64,000 nucleotides of DNA. Source: Raillietiella orientalis (lineage: Eukaryota). Numbering within the stretch: the first letter of the stretch is position 1; each line of letters starts with the position of its first letter. The stretch is from positions 3,100,001 through 3,164,000 of the forward strand of contig JAYWIR010000016.1 in assembly GCA_036172245.1 (NCBI GenBank), given 5' to 3'. The notes beneath the pieces are model-generated. The model was not told the origin of the DNA and searched no databases. It saw only the letters and a list, made by a program, of their open reading frames with translations. Positions 15,501-29,479 of the stretch are shown here, piece by piece. The position numbers and the translations under genes are program-made.

Positions 15501-15906
15501 CGGTGGAAGGAGCCCACTGCACCATTGCTGTGGTGATCGCGCAAGTCACGCAGAGCCGCAATTACCCGAATCCGATATGAAGACGGGCGATCGCCCAAGC
15601 GAAGATAACATTTGCCAATGATTACGTGGTCCAACCGTTACGAAGACGCTTTGGGCGAATTGGTGACTCGGAATGCCACGAAAACAAACTTAATCCGTGA
15701 ATATTACACAAAGGCGTAGAATTGCCAAGCAACCATTCTGGCTATTAGGAAAACCATAAAACTGTTTTATTCTAAAAGCGCAAACATTCTGCACGCTGCA
15801 ATTATTCTAATATGTAAATGAGATCACAAAAATGGTTGGTTCCATAATTACTGGGGGATCACTACTGCAATCAGGCATAGCACTGTAGGAGGAGGGGCAT
15901 ATTTGC

Positions 15907-18900
15907 TCAGCTGTTTTTCTGGGCATCTAAGAAATGCGTGCTTTTATCTATCCAACACGCACTGTAGATTCCTCTTGAATGATTCTTGCCGAAGGAAACT
16001 TGAATTTGATGTTCACTGCACGGATCATCAAGTGTCCTGTATGGATCGCCACGGGCATAATTTTTCGGTATATACCTATGGCAAGAAGCACCGACTCCTT
16101 GCTCGAGAATGCTTGCAAGCCCACAAGTTGTACTGTAGGTTACAGTGCACGCTTGCCCTAAACGGCAAGGGGATGTAACCGCCATGCTTGTCACCCTGGG
16201 TTGCAATCTGCAAGGAAACAGCATATATCTCGCACCAAGAATTCCATACCTTTCATTCTCTCCAGGGTGAAACACTATGCTGTTTGTGTACGTGAAGACA
16301 GTAGTTGTTTCTATAGATGGGCCTATTGTAGGCAGTTCATCATCTTCCTCTAGATCACTTAAGGTATAAACATCGTCTAGCTCGACTAAGGGCAACTCGC
16401 CCTTGACCTGTATACCTGGACGATCGTCAAATAAACCATTCAAATGAGGAGTAGCCAAACATGCCCACACAGCAAGAGTCTGAGAGCCTTCCAATGGTTT
16501 AACAATCTGAACAACTGATGAAGACACTGTACAGATCAATCTTCAGAGAACCTTCAGTTTTTTGCCAAAAGACCACTGAATGCTTTTTGCTACTCCTGGA
16601 GGCAGTGAACAGTTGGGTGAACACAACCCAGCAAACAGAAAAGAGGTACACATGTCCTCAGATATCTTCTGAGATTTTGTATCTAAGCTCTATTACACTA
16701 AATCAAGAATGCACAGGCACTGCACCCAAATGTACCTGTAGATGCTGCTTCCTGGATGCATAGTTCATATGATCAGAGTGAGGGTTTCTGAAAAGGCACA
16801 GAATGAAATGTAGAACCCCTAGAAACAAACAGCGACACTCACTCTTCTCCCTCAGTGTACCCAGAAACATCAGAATCACTGTTTAAGGCAGAATCCATGC
16901 TAATGTGCTCTTTGGAGCAATTCCACGAATCCTGGTTTCTCGAAAAGCCGAAACAGTAGTCTGAATTTGACCGATACACAAATCGGGTGTCGCGTTACCT
17001 ACTCACCTGCATTCTGCATATGACTGCTGCCAAGCGCCGTCTTTAGGTTTCGACTTACAGTCCCAACGCAGTGCCACTGCAACGCATGCTGATACGTGTC
17101 GAATATTTTACAGATAGTATCACTGAAACATAAGAGCAGTGGCACGTTGTTCCGTTATTTTCGCCAAAGACCAACCACTTCGTGCAATCTTCGGAGCTCA
17201 GGGAGCTCCAGGATTCGTCAATCTCCGAAGCCAAGGAATTCAGGTTTGCACTAAGAGCATTATATACGGAGCTCGGATGGTGGCTCGTTCGGAGCGTGGA
17301 GGTGGGCGTCTTCTTGTGAGACATCCTCTTCAGCTCCTCCTGTGTGTCGTGGTACAAGGTGAGGATCTCTGAATATTTATCCTTAAAATCGAGTAACTCT
17401 GCCTTTAACTCTTGCTGGATCTGTCTGGTGGTTCGTAAAGTTTGCTCTAGTTCGCTATTTTCAGATATCAACTGCAAAAAGAGAACAATTTCAAGAGGCC
17501 GTTCACATTGAGGGTGCGCGCAAGAATTTCGCATCCGTCTTTAAACGTCTGATGCAAACATTTACTTTTTTATTCTGCAGCTGAAGATCACAAACTTGCG
17601 CTAATAAATTCGTTATCTCTTCCTGCTGCTGGAAGATGGTGGTCGTTTTTCGCGCCACTTCGTCAGCTAGAAGTTTCGAATTGCTGTTTGCTTCGCCTGC
17701 GTACACAAGAGCCCGGGGGGTAGGACTTACAGCTCCCGGATCACAGAATACCTACTGAATTCTTTGAATATTGTGTTCAGGAGTTTCTGCTCTTTTTGCT
17801 CACACTCCTCCGTCGTTCTCTTCAAATTGCAAGTGTCCTGTCTCAAACTGGCGTTTTCTTCCTCCAACGCACGTATTTTGTTTTGAAATAGTGCTAAGTT
17901 CGATAACCGGGAGCTGGCTGGTAAATCTTGAAACACCGAAAGAGGGGGGAGGGGGAAAGAAAAAAAGAATACAAAATGAAGGTATGCTTGAAGGGAAGAA
18001 TGACGATTGCAGCTCATCAAAAAAAAAATGAGCCGAAGAAAAGAACCCAAAGCACACCAAGTGCAAACCGTTGCGAAAGTCAAACCGCCAGTGTACAACT
18101 CACACCATCATGAGCAGCACAGCGAACTGGTCAGGGAATGACACGTACGGTTCGAGCAGCGTGGGGGGGGGGGGGGGGGGGGAAATTTGCTCGACACACG
18201 AAAATGTGGATCAGCCTCGCGATGGTCAGTCACACGTCCCCAATGCATGTACTCGTAAAACTAAAGCGTACCAGACTCGGTGTCACTATCTATGTCTGCA
18301 TTGTACAGGCGAAGGAGTTCCGATTTCAGCACCACATCGTGGCGCAACTGGACCAGTGTTTCCTGAGTCGCGACCGCTTCACTTTCCAGAAGTGCATTCC
18401 TCTCTTCCAACGTCTTGTTTTTCGCCAACAGCAACTGACCGATGCGAGCCGCTAACTCCAAATCCTTTTCCTTCTGATCATTCAAAACAGAACCAAGTGA
18501 GAGGCAGGAAGACTGTGTATCCTCACTTCTAGTAATAACTGCGTCAGAGCATCTACGTCATTATAAGTTTTGATCATCTGGATAACACGATCTCCACAAA
18601 GAACTGAAATGTGCAACATAACATGACTGGTCACATCGTCTACCAACTTGGAATGTGAACACCGCGACACATAAGCAAGGGTCATCCGTGAGGATATGTA
18701 CTTTGCTCGCGTTGCGGGCGAGGGTCACGTGGGATGCAGGATATGTGACTTCCGCGACCGTAAGGGGTTTCTTCGCGAAGGAGGAGGCACGGCCAGCGAC
18801 GGTTCACAAACATCCGAAGGTCTAAGCTGACGTCTAAAGAAGCATCGGCACTCTCGAAACTCTTGATTGGTAAGGAAAAAAGAGAAAAAAAGAAAAGAAA

Positions 18901-21900
18901 AAAAAAGGAAGAGAGAATGCAGTGGTGCAACCGCAACAGATGAGGAGGAAAAAAAAAAGAAAAGAGATTTTCGCATACTTCGATGGCACCGCAGGCCGTA
19001 CCGCAGCCAATTCGAAGACCACAGCACGCAGTGGGGGTTGGCGACACGCGCGGAAGCAGTGGGGAGCGAAAGAACACGGGCAGCAACTTCTGCCGCCGTT
19101 TTCAAATATTTGATTCCTTCGAAATAGCACAAACAAACATTCTCGCGGACAAAATGGAAAAAACATGCGGCATAAGAACAAGAAATGCCGCCAAGACAAG
19201 ATGCAAGCAAACATTAAATTCACTTTTATCTTTACGTGGACCTCTAGGTAACACCTTGGTGCGACGGGTCATGAAGATGAAAATTTGATTTGTGTATACC
19301 AGGAAACCGACCTTTGGAACAAGATATGATCTTTTTGCATGGTTTCATAACAAATGCCACGCTTTCGACGCCACATTTAAAGTCCATTCCTTCTCGATGA
19401 TGACCCCGGTGGGTGCTTCGAGCATTGTACGTAGACATCGTGTACGGTAGACATCCGTTCATCCAGCCATTCCATCGAATTACTCTCCCTGTCCCTCTCA
19501 ATTTCTCTTTAAAAAATCAATCAATCACTTTTAAGCACCTATCGCAAGCGTTAAGTAATTGAAACATAGCGTTTTGAGCAACACGAAGCTCGGATCAATC
19601 CTAAGATTTCTGAAAATCAAATCACATCACAACACCACGGTAACGCGAGTGTGTACCAAAATCAGGCACCGATCCTCATGAGAAAGGCTTCAAGCTATGA
19701 GGACAACCTTTTTTTTTTTTTTTCTCCTCCCATGCAAAGAAACCGAATTACAGCTCAAATAAATGATCACTTCGTAATTTCAGTACTTTAACGGAAAAAA
19801 ACCATCTATTCAGGTTAAACTGTAAATCACAACTAAAAGCCACAGTATTTTTTGGGTAGGAAAAAAAGGAAAAAAAAAAAAAAAAAAGAAGCTTAGCTCA
19901 TCCCCAAACACCTAAAAACATCCATAAACAAGCGATTCATGACAGATAATTAGCAAGCATATTGGTATGGACATTACAGAATGGACGAATCCATGCGACT
20001 GCACGCTTAAAATTATCGTGTAAATTCTGGGGGGGGAGGGGGGAGGTCCTTCCTCAAATATAATGTGATCTTTACTGTAACGAGCGTTTTCGAGAAACGC
20101 AATTTCGCTTTTGCTACATACTTGGTAGCAGCAGTCTCTTAGCTTCTTTCTCCTGGCTCCATGCTGTGCTGGCAAGCTCTACAGAAAGCCAAGAAGGAAA
20201 ACCCTCACATTCTGGCGAACGAGAAGGAGCACCGTCTCACCAGCATCTCCCCGCACTCGCGAGATGCGTCAACACATCATCAAATCATTCCCACGGTGGT
20301 CTTATCAACACGTACGTTATCCCAGACGAAAGTTATCATCCTTGCAGGCTACGAGCTCGACCGGTCTGAGGGTAAGCAAAAGGATTCCTAACGTAATCTT
20401 CGACGCTCCGCCCAAGAAACAACCCCGCACTGCAAGTGTTGGGGTGTCGTAGGTCAAGTGGTCGCGCTCTAAGGACGAGGAGAATTGCAATAACAGGCGC
20501 GCTTCACTAATATACGGAAACAAAAGCGAAAGCATGACTGTATGTATGGATGGTGAATGTATGTATGGTGAATCCCTCTTCCAATTCAAATGCAAGCAAT
20601 CAAATCAGCTACAGTTCCAAATTATCATTTACCCTGTATTTGTCAGCACAAGAAACCGGGAAGAGTACGCGGAAGAACATCCATCAGCTGTTTTGAAGGT
20701 GAGTCCGCATCCGTTTCCGATGACCCGCAAACTCACGCTGCCAACGGAGCTCACGAGCACGGGCAAGCTGCGAAAAACGGGAGAAAGTCCACGGCAACTT
20801 CCTCCAAGACGTAAATCCGCTGCCAAGATACGGGATGTTTCGCGAAAAAGGAAAGATCCGACGCCCGATTGGGAACGGTGGCCTTCAGGTGACACGGTCC
20901 ATGACCGGCACGCTCGGTATGCCGACACGGGTCATCACTTTCGCTGTGTCTGCACCGCTGTGCGTGGCCATGTCCCCTGCCGAAGTCTCTTGGGAACGGT
21001 ACGTATGAAAAGCGAGAGTCGCCACATCCCCCAATTTACCTTGGGCATTTTTGTCACACGCTGCTAAAGAAGTTTTCCTTTTTTCGTTAACAGGAAGAAT
21101 GGAAAAGTTGGGTGCTTTAAGAGGTCACATAAAAGTGAGAAACAATCTCAATGATACGTCTGACACCTTTGGGGAGCGACGGAGGCTCCGGAGGCTCCCT
21201 CGCGGATTGCCATGCCTATCCGAAACACGCGACAAGAGCGACCTAGCCAACACCAGGACCTCTGATGGAAGCAAAACTAATAAGGCAAAGGAAACAAGAA
21301 AAAAAAAAAAGGTCACAGGGAGACTCCGGAAACCATACAGATGGGAGCCATTGCATAATCGGGTAGGGATCGGAATAAAATGCACAACACATCCCTAACG
21401 ATTGAGAATATGGAAGAAACGATGCTCGGCATGGGGGAAAAGCAGCAGCGGAAAAACCTTGGAACACTTTGGGAGACACTCGGTCTTCGTTTCCCACTGG
21501 GAGCTTTTGAAAAACTGGCAAAATGATTTTTCGCATGCTGTGGATTCGACACAAAAAAAAGCAAGCGCATGCAGATAACCTGATTACAAGTGGCTAATCT
21601 TCGCTAGATAATGTATCCCGCAGAAATCTCGATGAGAAGACTTTAGAATTCGGCTCTGGCAGATTCCATGCGACTTTGCATTAAGAGTAGCTTCAAAAGC
21701 AAGCTAAGAACGCCCGAGGGCAGCTCGAAGCACGTTCTGTGCACTCGCTTAGATTTACTCTCGTGATTTTTAACAAGATGGAATGCTTCTGGAGGCACAT
21801 CATTGGGAGGAAGACCTGGAAGTCGAGGTGCACTTCAACTGAGCAGCGATCATCTTCAGACCTACGCTCACATTCGCGAATGCTCACATTTATTTTGGTC

Positions 21901-24900
21901 AACAGCCCATGGCTCCTCAGAAAGCACACTCTCCGGGATGCCTTTCGCTCTTCTCATTTTGGCCTTTCAAAAAAAAGAAAAAAAAAGGCCGGCTCAGATG
22001 GAGGGCACGTGGAGCACTTCGCTTACGAGAAGATACAGAGTCGTGCCCGGGGGGTGCCAGTACGGATTTCACAAAGATCGGTCCACGGAGCAGCGTGCCA
22101 TACCCGTTTCGTGTTATTTCTTCGTGATCTAAGCCTAAGGGAGCATTCCTAAGGGAGCATCCGCCTACGCAAATACGGACTCCCGAAGCAGTCGGGCAGC
22201 CACGCGACGTTTCACGCACTTTCAAGGAGCGGAGATCTTTTCTAATGCACACTTTTCAGATTCCAGTGACTTGGAGAATGCCCACCCGGCAATGTTCGTG
22301 TTCGGCCCCGATGACCAGGCACACAATAGGTTTTCGACTTTTGAAACAACGACAAGGTAAGCACGCAACCTCGCTTGAACGGGGGGCAACCGGTCATACA
22401 TTTTCGATTCAGGAAGCGGGAAAAGTGAAGCTCGGCCACGTGCCTTAAGGCACCATTAAGAAACAGAATGATGATACTGGTACAAAAAGCATCTACGAGA
22501 ATTTCGGAGCCAAACCATTTTGCCGAGATATCGAAGTAGCCATCCGCATCTGATCCCCGGTGTCTGCAGGAGGGCCACGAAGCCACCGATCCCTGAACGT
22601 CTCCGCACATCAGGACCACCTTTTACAAGATTATCCACCTCAGTTTGTCGATAACTGACTGCGGGCGTGTCGACACTCCCTTCCTTTTCGCTTGCGTGTA
22701 ATCTGCAGGAGCAAGATCCCGGAAAAGTTCATTTCTCATCGCATCTTTCAGGGGGAGCACACGGATCGGAGTGACCGAGTGGGCAACCTTTACAAGCCCA
22801 CACTGAATCGATTTGTGCACAATCAGCTTTTCAAGAAAAGCTTTTTAAATGTAATCCATCAGATGTCGAAGACGCAATGCACTGCGGATGCACCAACGGC
22901 CTACTCGAAACAACAGTGTCTCCCAACAACTCCACAGAAAATTAACCGTTTGTCTGGCTAAGAATTTCAGTCATTATAGACTCGAGGAACAGAACCTGCC
23001 AATTTCCGGTTACTTCACAGGTGCAGGATTAAAAAATGACAAATATAATGCTTGCCTCCCTTACACATGCTTAATGATATTCAACATGAAATGCTCTCTA
23101 ACATTTATTGTTTTACATTCTGAAGACTGTACGTACAAACGAGGTAGATGCCGCTTTACTTACGAAAATACTTCAAAGTTTCCTCTGCTTGTTCTATAGA
23201 TAGTTCATATGTATCATTCACTTTATTATATGTTGACAGCAGTTGGAACCAGTCCTGATTTTCATATCCTGAAAAATTTACTAATTTTATTACAATGAGT
23301 TGATGGAATTTTTGAGAAATTCTTATGACATGTAGAATGGAGGGACAGTTTAGTAGGCAGACATATACATATCGATAAACCAGGTGTTTGGTAGTATATT
23401 TTGTAATTTGTTCACTACGGTAATAAAATGGTCTATTTAAGTACCAACAAATGGACTCAGTTGAAGCAAAGTTGCCAAGTCAAGTGAGAATGGCAATACG
23501 GAACTCTTAATTTATGGTGAAGTGTGAAACGAATAGCTCAAACAAAACATACAGCAATGCTTGTAACAGTGATGCAAGAGTCGTTTACTCCAACATAAGT
23601 CACTGATTACCACAAAAAGTGATTCAAAACTTACGTACCTAAACTTAGATTGGATTGTGAAATGGAATTTGTTATGAATAAGACTACTTACATGTAAGAA
23701 CATGGAATCTGATGAAGGCAAAACACACTAGGAAGTATTATTCCTGGTGTGTTTTGCCAGATGAAAATATGACTTACACACATACACCAAATGAGATTAC
23801 CAGATAAAATAACTCAAGGAACATGCATTCACATCACAGAATAAATTATTATTTACTCAAGATTTCTTCAAATACAACTCCAATTATATTGAGATAATCA
23901 CAAAGTGGAGAAAATATTAAATGCTGTGAGTTCCATTTACTAAACTATCAGTGTATTCTGTTGATCTCCAAGTTATGAACCTCTATTCACGAGTTGTAGT
24001 TTTCAAAACTAAATCTTGTGTTACTCTATTGTGGGCCAATTCTTTTGTTAATTATGAAATCATCACTGAATCCAGAGCTATAGCACTTAACCCTCATGTT
24101 TCCCTTGTACTTTCATATTTATGCTACGTGCTTAGCAAAATAAACGTTTCTTTGCCCCTTACTGCTATTGAAAATAATTCTTTCAAAATTCATTTTCTTC
24201 TGATTCGCAGAGGAGTCTGTATTTGCTAAATGTTACAAGAGTAGTACAAATTCAAGCATAATTTTATTTTAAGTTACCCATCCTTCAGTATATTATCTTC
24301 CAGTATTCTTACTGAACTTTCAGTTTTGTATTCAACTCAGTATTTCTTATTTGGGTGTTTAATTGATTGAACAGACTAGTTTCCTGTAAAGACATCTATA
24401 AACAAGAGTTACTCTTAAATGACACTATGAAGCTAATGCTAAATAGATAAATATTAATGAATACCGATTTGTAGGAATGCACTATAAAACCAAGAATGCT
24501 TAACATTAAGTACAACAAAATGGAGCAAAATATGGCTTCCTTGAAAGTTTTGATTTCTTTTAACACAACAATAGAGAAATATGTGATACAATTAGGCAAA
24601 TCCAGGAAAAAAATTCATTCCCGTAATGAAAAAAAATTTCAGTCCGAGAATCTTTTCTAACTTTCCACCATGTATATCCAATCCATTCCTTGTTTTGAAG
24701 GAAATTTTTTAATGTTTTCCTAAACTTTGTTAACCAAAAGCATTACATATTTCTAAAAGTTCTTTTCATCAAAATTCCTCAGAGGGTATCGGAGAAAACC
24801 GATAAAGTAGCATTTAAGAACAGGGCTCTCTGAGCAGATCAGGTGGAATTGCATGTAATCGTTTGTTGCAGCATGTGGAATAAATGCATCACAGTAACTG

Positions 24901-25346
24901 TTAAGAGTGGAAAACTTGTGAATTTGCTTATAGTGTCAGATAATAGGGAAATATAAATATCCTGTTTTGTGGATAAATGCTGTGGAAACGAAATACATCA
25001 AGCATGTGGAACTTAAAAATGCATTCACCAAATAGACAGCATTGAAAAACATTTCCACAGTAAGAACCAGCATACCTATGCGCAATGGAAAATACCACAC
25101 CAAAATGTCAATTACCTGAAAATTTTGTCAATGAATCCGCACGTAACCTATACAAAGGCAGTTGTTCTTTAACAAGACTAACCACTTCAATTTCGGCTAC
25201 TTCTTCGGATACACATAACTCTGAAAAAATTTCGAATATAAGAATTCATGTATTCTATAACATAGGGCATATTATAATTCCCAATCTATTTTCTTTCCTA
25301 CTTAAACATTACCTGTAACGATGCCGATTTCTTTCTGTACCGACAT
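15907..25346 (-). CDS. milt: Trafficking kinesin-binding protein Milton/TRAK (HAP1_N + Milton domains)
   Basis: Phase-consistent GT-AG exons: 25346-25313, 25220-25116, 23268-23164, 18603-18527, 18473-18272, 17926-17756, 17696-17566, 17471-17176, 17122-17007, 16960-16843, 16787-16736, 16689-16552, 16506-16250, 16207-15907 (the last intron is in-frame and inferred). Motifs: [107 protein letters not shown]. The extreme C-terminus is less certain. Confidence 0.95.
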
Positions 25347-26451
25347 TGAATCTCCATTCCCCAAGGAGTATATGAATTTGGCAGCCAGTTCGTGTCATAA
25401 GTGAGTCACCATACTTATGTAATTAAAACTGTCTTTTTTAAAAAACAACAACACATAACAATATAACCAACACTTGGGAAACAACATTACCCCCTTTCAC
25501 CGGTGTAACAGAACGTTACTTACAACCACAACACGAACCCTCTTCACGGCATATGATGCATTCAGTATTGCACTGTTTGAAAATCTACAATTCAACAAAC
25601 AATAAATAGCAAAATAATTGAGGAAACGGAAGCATTTATACAGGAAATGTAACAGAACAATCTTGTTTTTAATTTGCTATATTTCCCTTGTAGATAAGAC
25701 TGTCTTTGAAATGTGCATCAGACTAAACGATTATAGGAATAGCTCACATTTGAATATATATTTTATACAATTTTAAAATTTATTTATAAGGGAGAGCGTT
25801 TCCCATTAAACAATTCACTGTTCTAGTAGCTCATTCTTAATGCTAACACAAAGATGTCATTCCTAACAATTCCTTTATTATTTTCTCAATTACCGAGTTC
25901 AACAAAACCACCAAGTAACAAATTTTGATAAATTCTGGCTAAGAATTCAGGAAAATATTATAGCAATAAACATACATTAAAGATTAAAATGAATGCAAGT
26001 GTAGCTAAAAACGATAGCTACAGATGCTTGCCTTCACTGAATTTTGGTTGCAAACTGCAATTCACGAAACAATATTAGGAAACTTAGCAAACGTCATAAT
26101 TTAATTTTGAAAAATTCCAATACTGCCTTGACAATTTTTTTTTTTTGACTCAAAAGGCCTCATAAGCATTGTTCATGATAGCATTTTTTAATGTCCCATA
26201 TGTTTAGAATTCACAACTTGTGCACTGCAAAGTAAACATTTTTTGTAGGACTTGTAGATGTTCAAACTCCCGCTGCACGTGCAGTGATATACTTCCTCGG
26301 AAGCCAGCTTTACTTCACACCAATCGTGCTTGTGGGTATTTGGATGTAAATGTTAGAAAAAATCACTTGAATCACTTTATCATTCCAGGATTTTTGGGAA
26401 ACTGTTATTACGTGTTGAAGCTCGATGTTTCTATTGAGCAAAGATTCATAG
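25347..26451. promoter_or_regulatory. Putative shared (head-to-head) promoter/5'UTR region of milt and KYAT
   Basis: The divergent start codons at 25346 (-) and 26452 (+) are 1.1 kb apart. No core promoter motif was identified. Confidence 0.45.
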
Positions 26452-28087
26452 ATGAATAAGTTGATTTCTGCGACCCCGTATGTGCGATTCGGTAGAAATT
26501 ATGTGACCTCTGGATGGAAAAATGATCCACTGCTTAAGTTTAAGGCTGCAGAGCGCCTAAATGGAATTGAAAAAAATGTGTGGTAAGTACATAGTCTTCA
26601 CCTTATATCAAGTAACATAGTTGAATTCCTTAGCATGTCTCCTAACATTGTTTTTGTTATTCAGGATTGAATTTATACAATTGGCAATTGAAAATAAACC
26701 CTTAAATCTTGGACAAGGGTTTCCTGATTTCAATCCACCACAGGAAGTAACAAATGCCCTGTCAGATGTGGGAAAAAGTGATGATTTTTCTTTGCATCAG
26801 TACACTAGAGGCTTTGTAAGTATTGAATAAAGTTAAGGGACTTTTTCAGCTCATAAAATCCTATTAGGGTCATCCACGTCTCATTAATATTCTATCAAAA
26901 TTGTATTCTAAATTGGTGTCACAAGACATTAATCCAAACACTGAAGTCCTGGTTACAGCAGGTGCCTATGAGGCTCTTTTTTGTTCTATTTTGGGAAACA
27001 TAAATCCTGGAGATGAAGTTATTATAATTGAACCATATTTTGATTGCTATGAGCCCATGGTACGACTAGCGCATGGTATTCCTGTGTTTGTATCTTTAAG
27101 ACCTAAAAGCCATGGAACCATAACTGACTCAGAAAATTGGACACTTGATTTGGAAGAACTGAAAGCTGCATTCAGCACACGCACAAAAGCAATAATACTG
27201 AATACTCCTCATAATCCACTTGGGAAAGTATTTTCCAGAAATGAACTAGAACTACTCTCACAACTTGTTCAGCAGTGGAATGTTCTAGTCATTTCAGATG
27301 AAGTGTATGAGTGGATGGTATATCCACCAAAGGAACACATTCGCTTTGGTATTATTTATGACTACTTACCAGCTGTATGAATATTTTTTATATAGCTTCT
27401 TTGCCCAACATGTGGGAAAGAACTATAAGTATAGGGAGTGCAGGGAAAACTCTTAGTGTGACAGGATGGAAGTTAGGGTGGGCTTATGGCCCTAAACATC
27501 TAATTCAAAATTTACAGCTTGTTCATCAGCATTGCCTTTATACATGTGCTACTCCAATACAAGAAGCTGTAGCTTGCAATCTTGAAAAGCAAGTGAACTG
27601 TTATGGAACCCAAGAATGTTACTTACAGTCTTTGGCCAAGGAATTGTTACCTAAAAGAGAACTTTTATCTAATATTTTGCAAGATACTGGTTTTCATCCA
27701 GTTATTCCAGAAGCAGGCTATTTCATGATGGCTGACTGGACCAAACTTGGTGAGCAACTGTCCACAAAAAACTTATTCTGAATGTATTTCCATGTAATGT
27801 TAGGTGGTAAAATTTCCCCATTAGATACACCTGTGTCAGAACAACATGAGGCTAAAGATTATAAATTTGTAAAATGGATGTCAAGAACGTGGAAACTCCA
27901 ATGCATTCCTTGCTCGGCATTTTATCATTCTCAGCACCAATATTTGGGTGAACAGTTCATTCGATTTTGTTTTATCAAAGTAAGCAAAAATCTTAATTAA
28001 GAATTTATGCTTTTATTGATGCAGAATGAAGACACACTGTTGAAAGCTAAACAGATTTTGAAAAAATTAAAGGCTACCTACTGTTAA
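26452..28087 (+). CDS. KYAT3: Kynurenine--oxoglutarate transaminase (KYAT1/3 family, class I PLP aminotransferase)
   Basis: Exons 26452-26582, 26665-26815, 26868-27348, 27396-27749, 27804-27979, 28025-28087. Motifs: NLGQGFPDF, HQYTRGFGHPRL, VTAGAYEAL, IIIEPYFDCY, LNTPHNPLGKVF, ISDEVYEW, the PLP lysine in SAGKTLSVTGWKLGW, and IRFCFIK. The basic N-terminus MNKLISATPYVRFGRNY resembles a mitochondrial presequence. Confidence 0.96.
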
Positions 28088-28739
28088 AAGTTTCCGCTAA
28101 TGCCTTCACCAAGCAATGTCGTATGCATTTGAACCTAAAAGCGTTTTTAAAATTCTGCTTTTTTTACAGAGTGTTGAATTAAAACTAGATTTTCAGTCAA
28201 TCTTGTTTAAAATGACTTTGGGAAACACGAAATTTTTTACTCACGGAAATTTAAATACAAATGCTACATGTCAAATTTTATTGAATTTTGTACACTTTCT
28301 TTCATGGTGTACTTGCATTGCATATCCCTCGCATGTAAGTACTGCATCACTGTGGCATTTGGTTCTTGTTACAAAGTGCTGTGTTATGTGAGAAACGTAA
28401 GAAATTTTTTTTTTTTTTATACAAAAGTAATGAGAAGCTGTTTTAATCATTTTGTAAAATTAAATCCTGTAGAACTCCTTGATCATGATTAGAAAAACTA
28501 AACAAAACAAACACGAAGGTTTTTCGACAACTTCAATTTTAGGCACTTGAGATTCTACCACCTCGCGGGCAAGGCCGTTTTCCCGGTTCTTGCAACGCTT
28601 TTTCCTCTTTACTGTGAACTGCATTCTGAACATTCAGTATTTGGGATTATATGGGGCCAGCGCACAAAAAAAATGATAAAAATGACTTGTAAAATAAACG
28701 ACTCAAGTGTTGCTGCTGATTACCATCACAGCATGGTGT

Positions 28740-29479
28740 CCTTGCTGTGATGGTAACCCTTGAGTGTGCCCCCCCGAAGAACTTTTGATCCCTCCATCGT
28801 GCTCGAACACTTCTGTGTTCACCCTTTCTTGGAAGCAGGAGGTCATCATGCTGGTGCATTGGGGTTTCCATTCCAACCAGCGGACGAACTGTGTTTCCGG
28901 GGGAGTTCTCTCCCCGAACTGCAAAAGGTGCGGAGAAGCCGAAACGCTCCCCCACCTGCTTTCGGACTGCGGTGTCCTCCAAGGACTGTGGAGGAGGCTG
29001 CACTCAGCTCTCCTGCTCAAGGGAGACACCGCAAGGGATTTGATGCTCCCCTTCACGCCAGGCGACCTGTCCTTAGGTGCGATGGTCGCAACGGTCCGTT
29101 GCACCCGCGCCATCGACAAGGCCCACCGAGAGCTGGAGACGCAGACGATTCGTCGACAGGCCACCGGAATAGCCGACGAGAACATGACGTCGGCTGCCGC
29201 GAGGCCTCATCTTCCGGAACACGCAAGGAAGATCTCTGGCATCCAACGCCGGTTCCGGAAGAAAGGAACGGCCGAAGCCAAAGACCCTTCCCCTCCCCAT
29301 ATCTTTATTTCTATTTTTTATGCGTGTATTTGTGGACCCCTCCCTCCCGTTCCGGACTTTCGGATGTACCGACCGTCTGCGTGTCGGGGAGCCCTCCCTT
29401 CGTTTTTCTGTGTCTTTTGTCCGGGAACTCTGTTCCCGGATAGTTTAGAAATAAACGCCCAGGAGCACCCGGGTGGGAA
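28740..29479 (+). mobile_element. 5'-truncated non-LTR retrotransposon (L1/Tx1-like ORF2 C-terminus with zf-RVT knuckle)
   Basis: ORF 28764-29501 contains CKRCGEAETLPHLLSDC (CxxC...ET..H...C). It is flanked by a perfect 12-bp TSD, acagcatggtgt (28728-28739 and 29480-29491). AATAAA is at 29450, and the element is a GC-rich island in AT-rich flanks. Confidence 0.85.

Noticed and set aside
23370..23377. TATCGATA (DRE-like) in milt intron 2
   Set aside because: A single 8-mer in AT-rich intron with no supporting TSS evidence.
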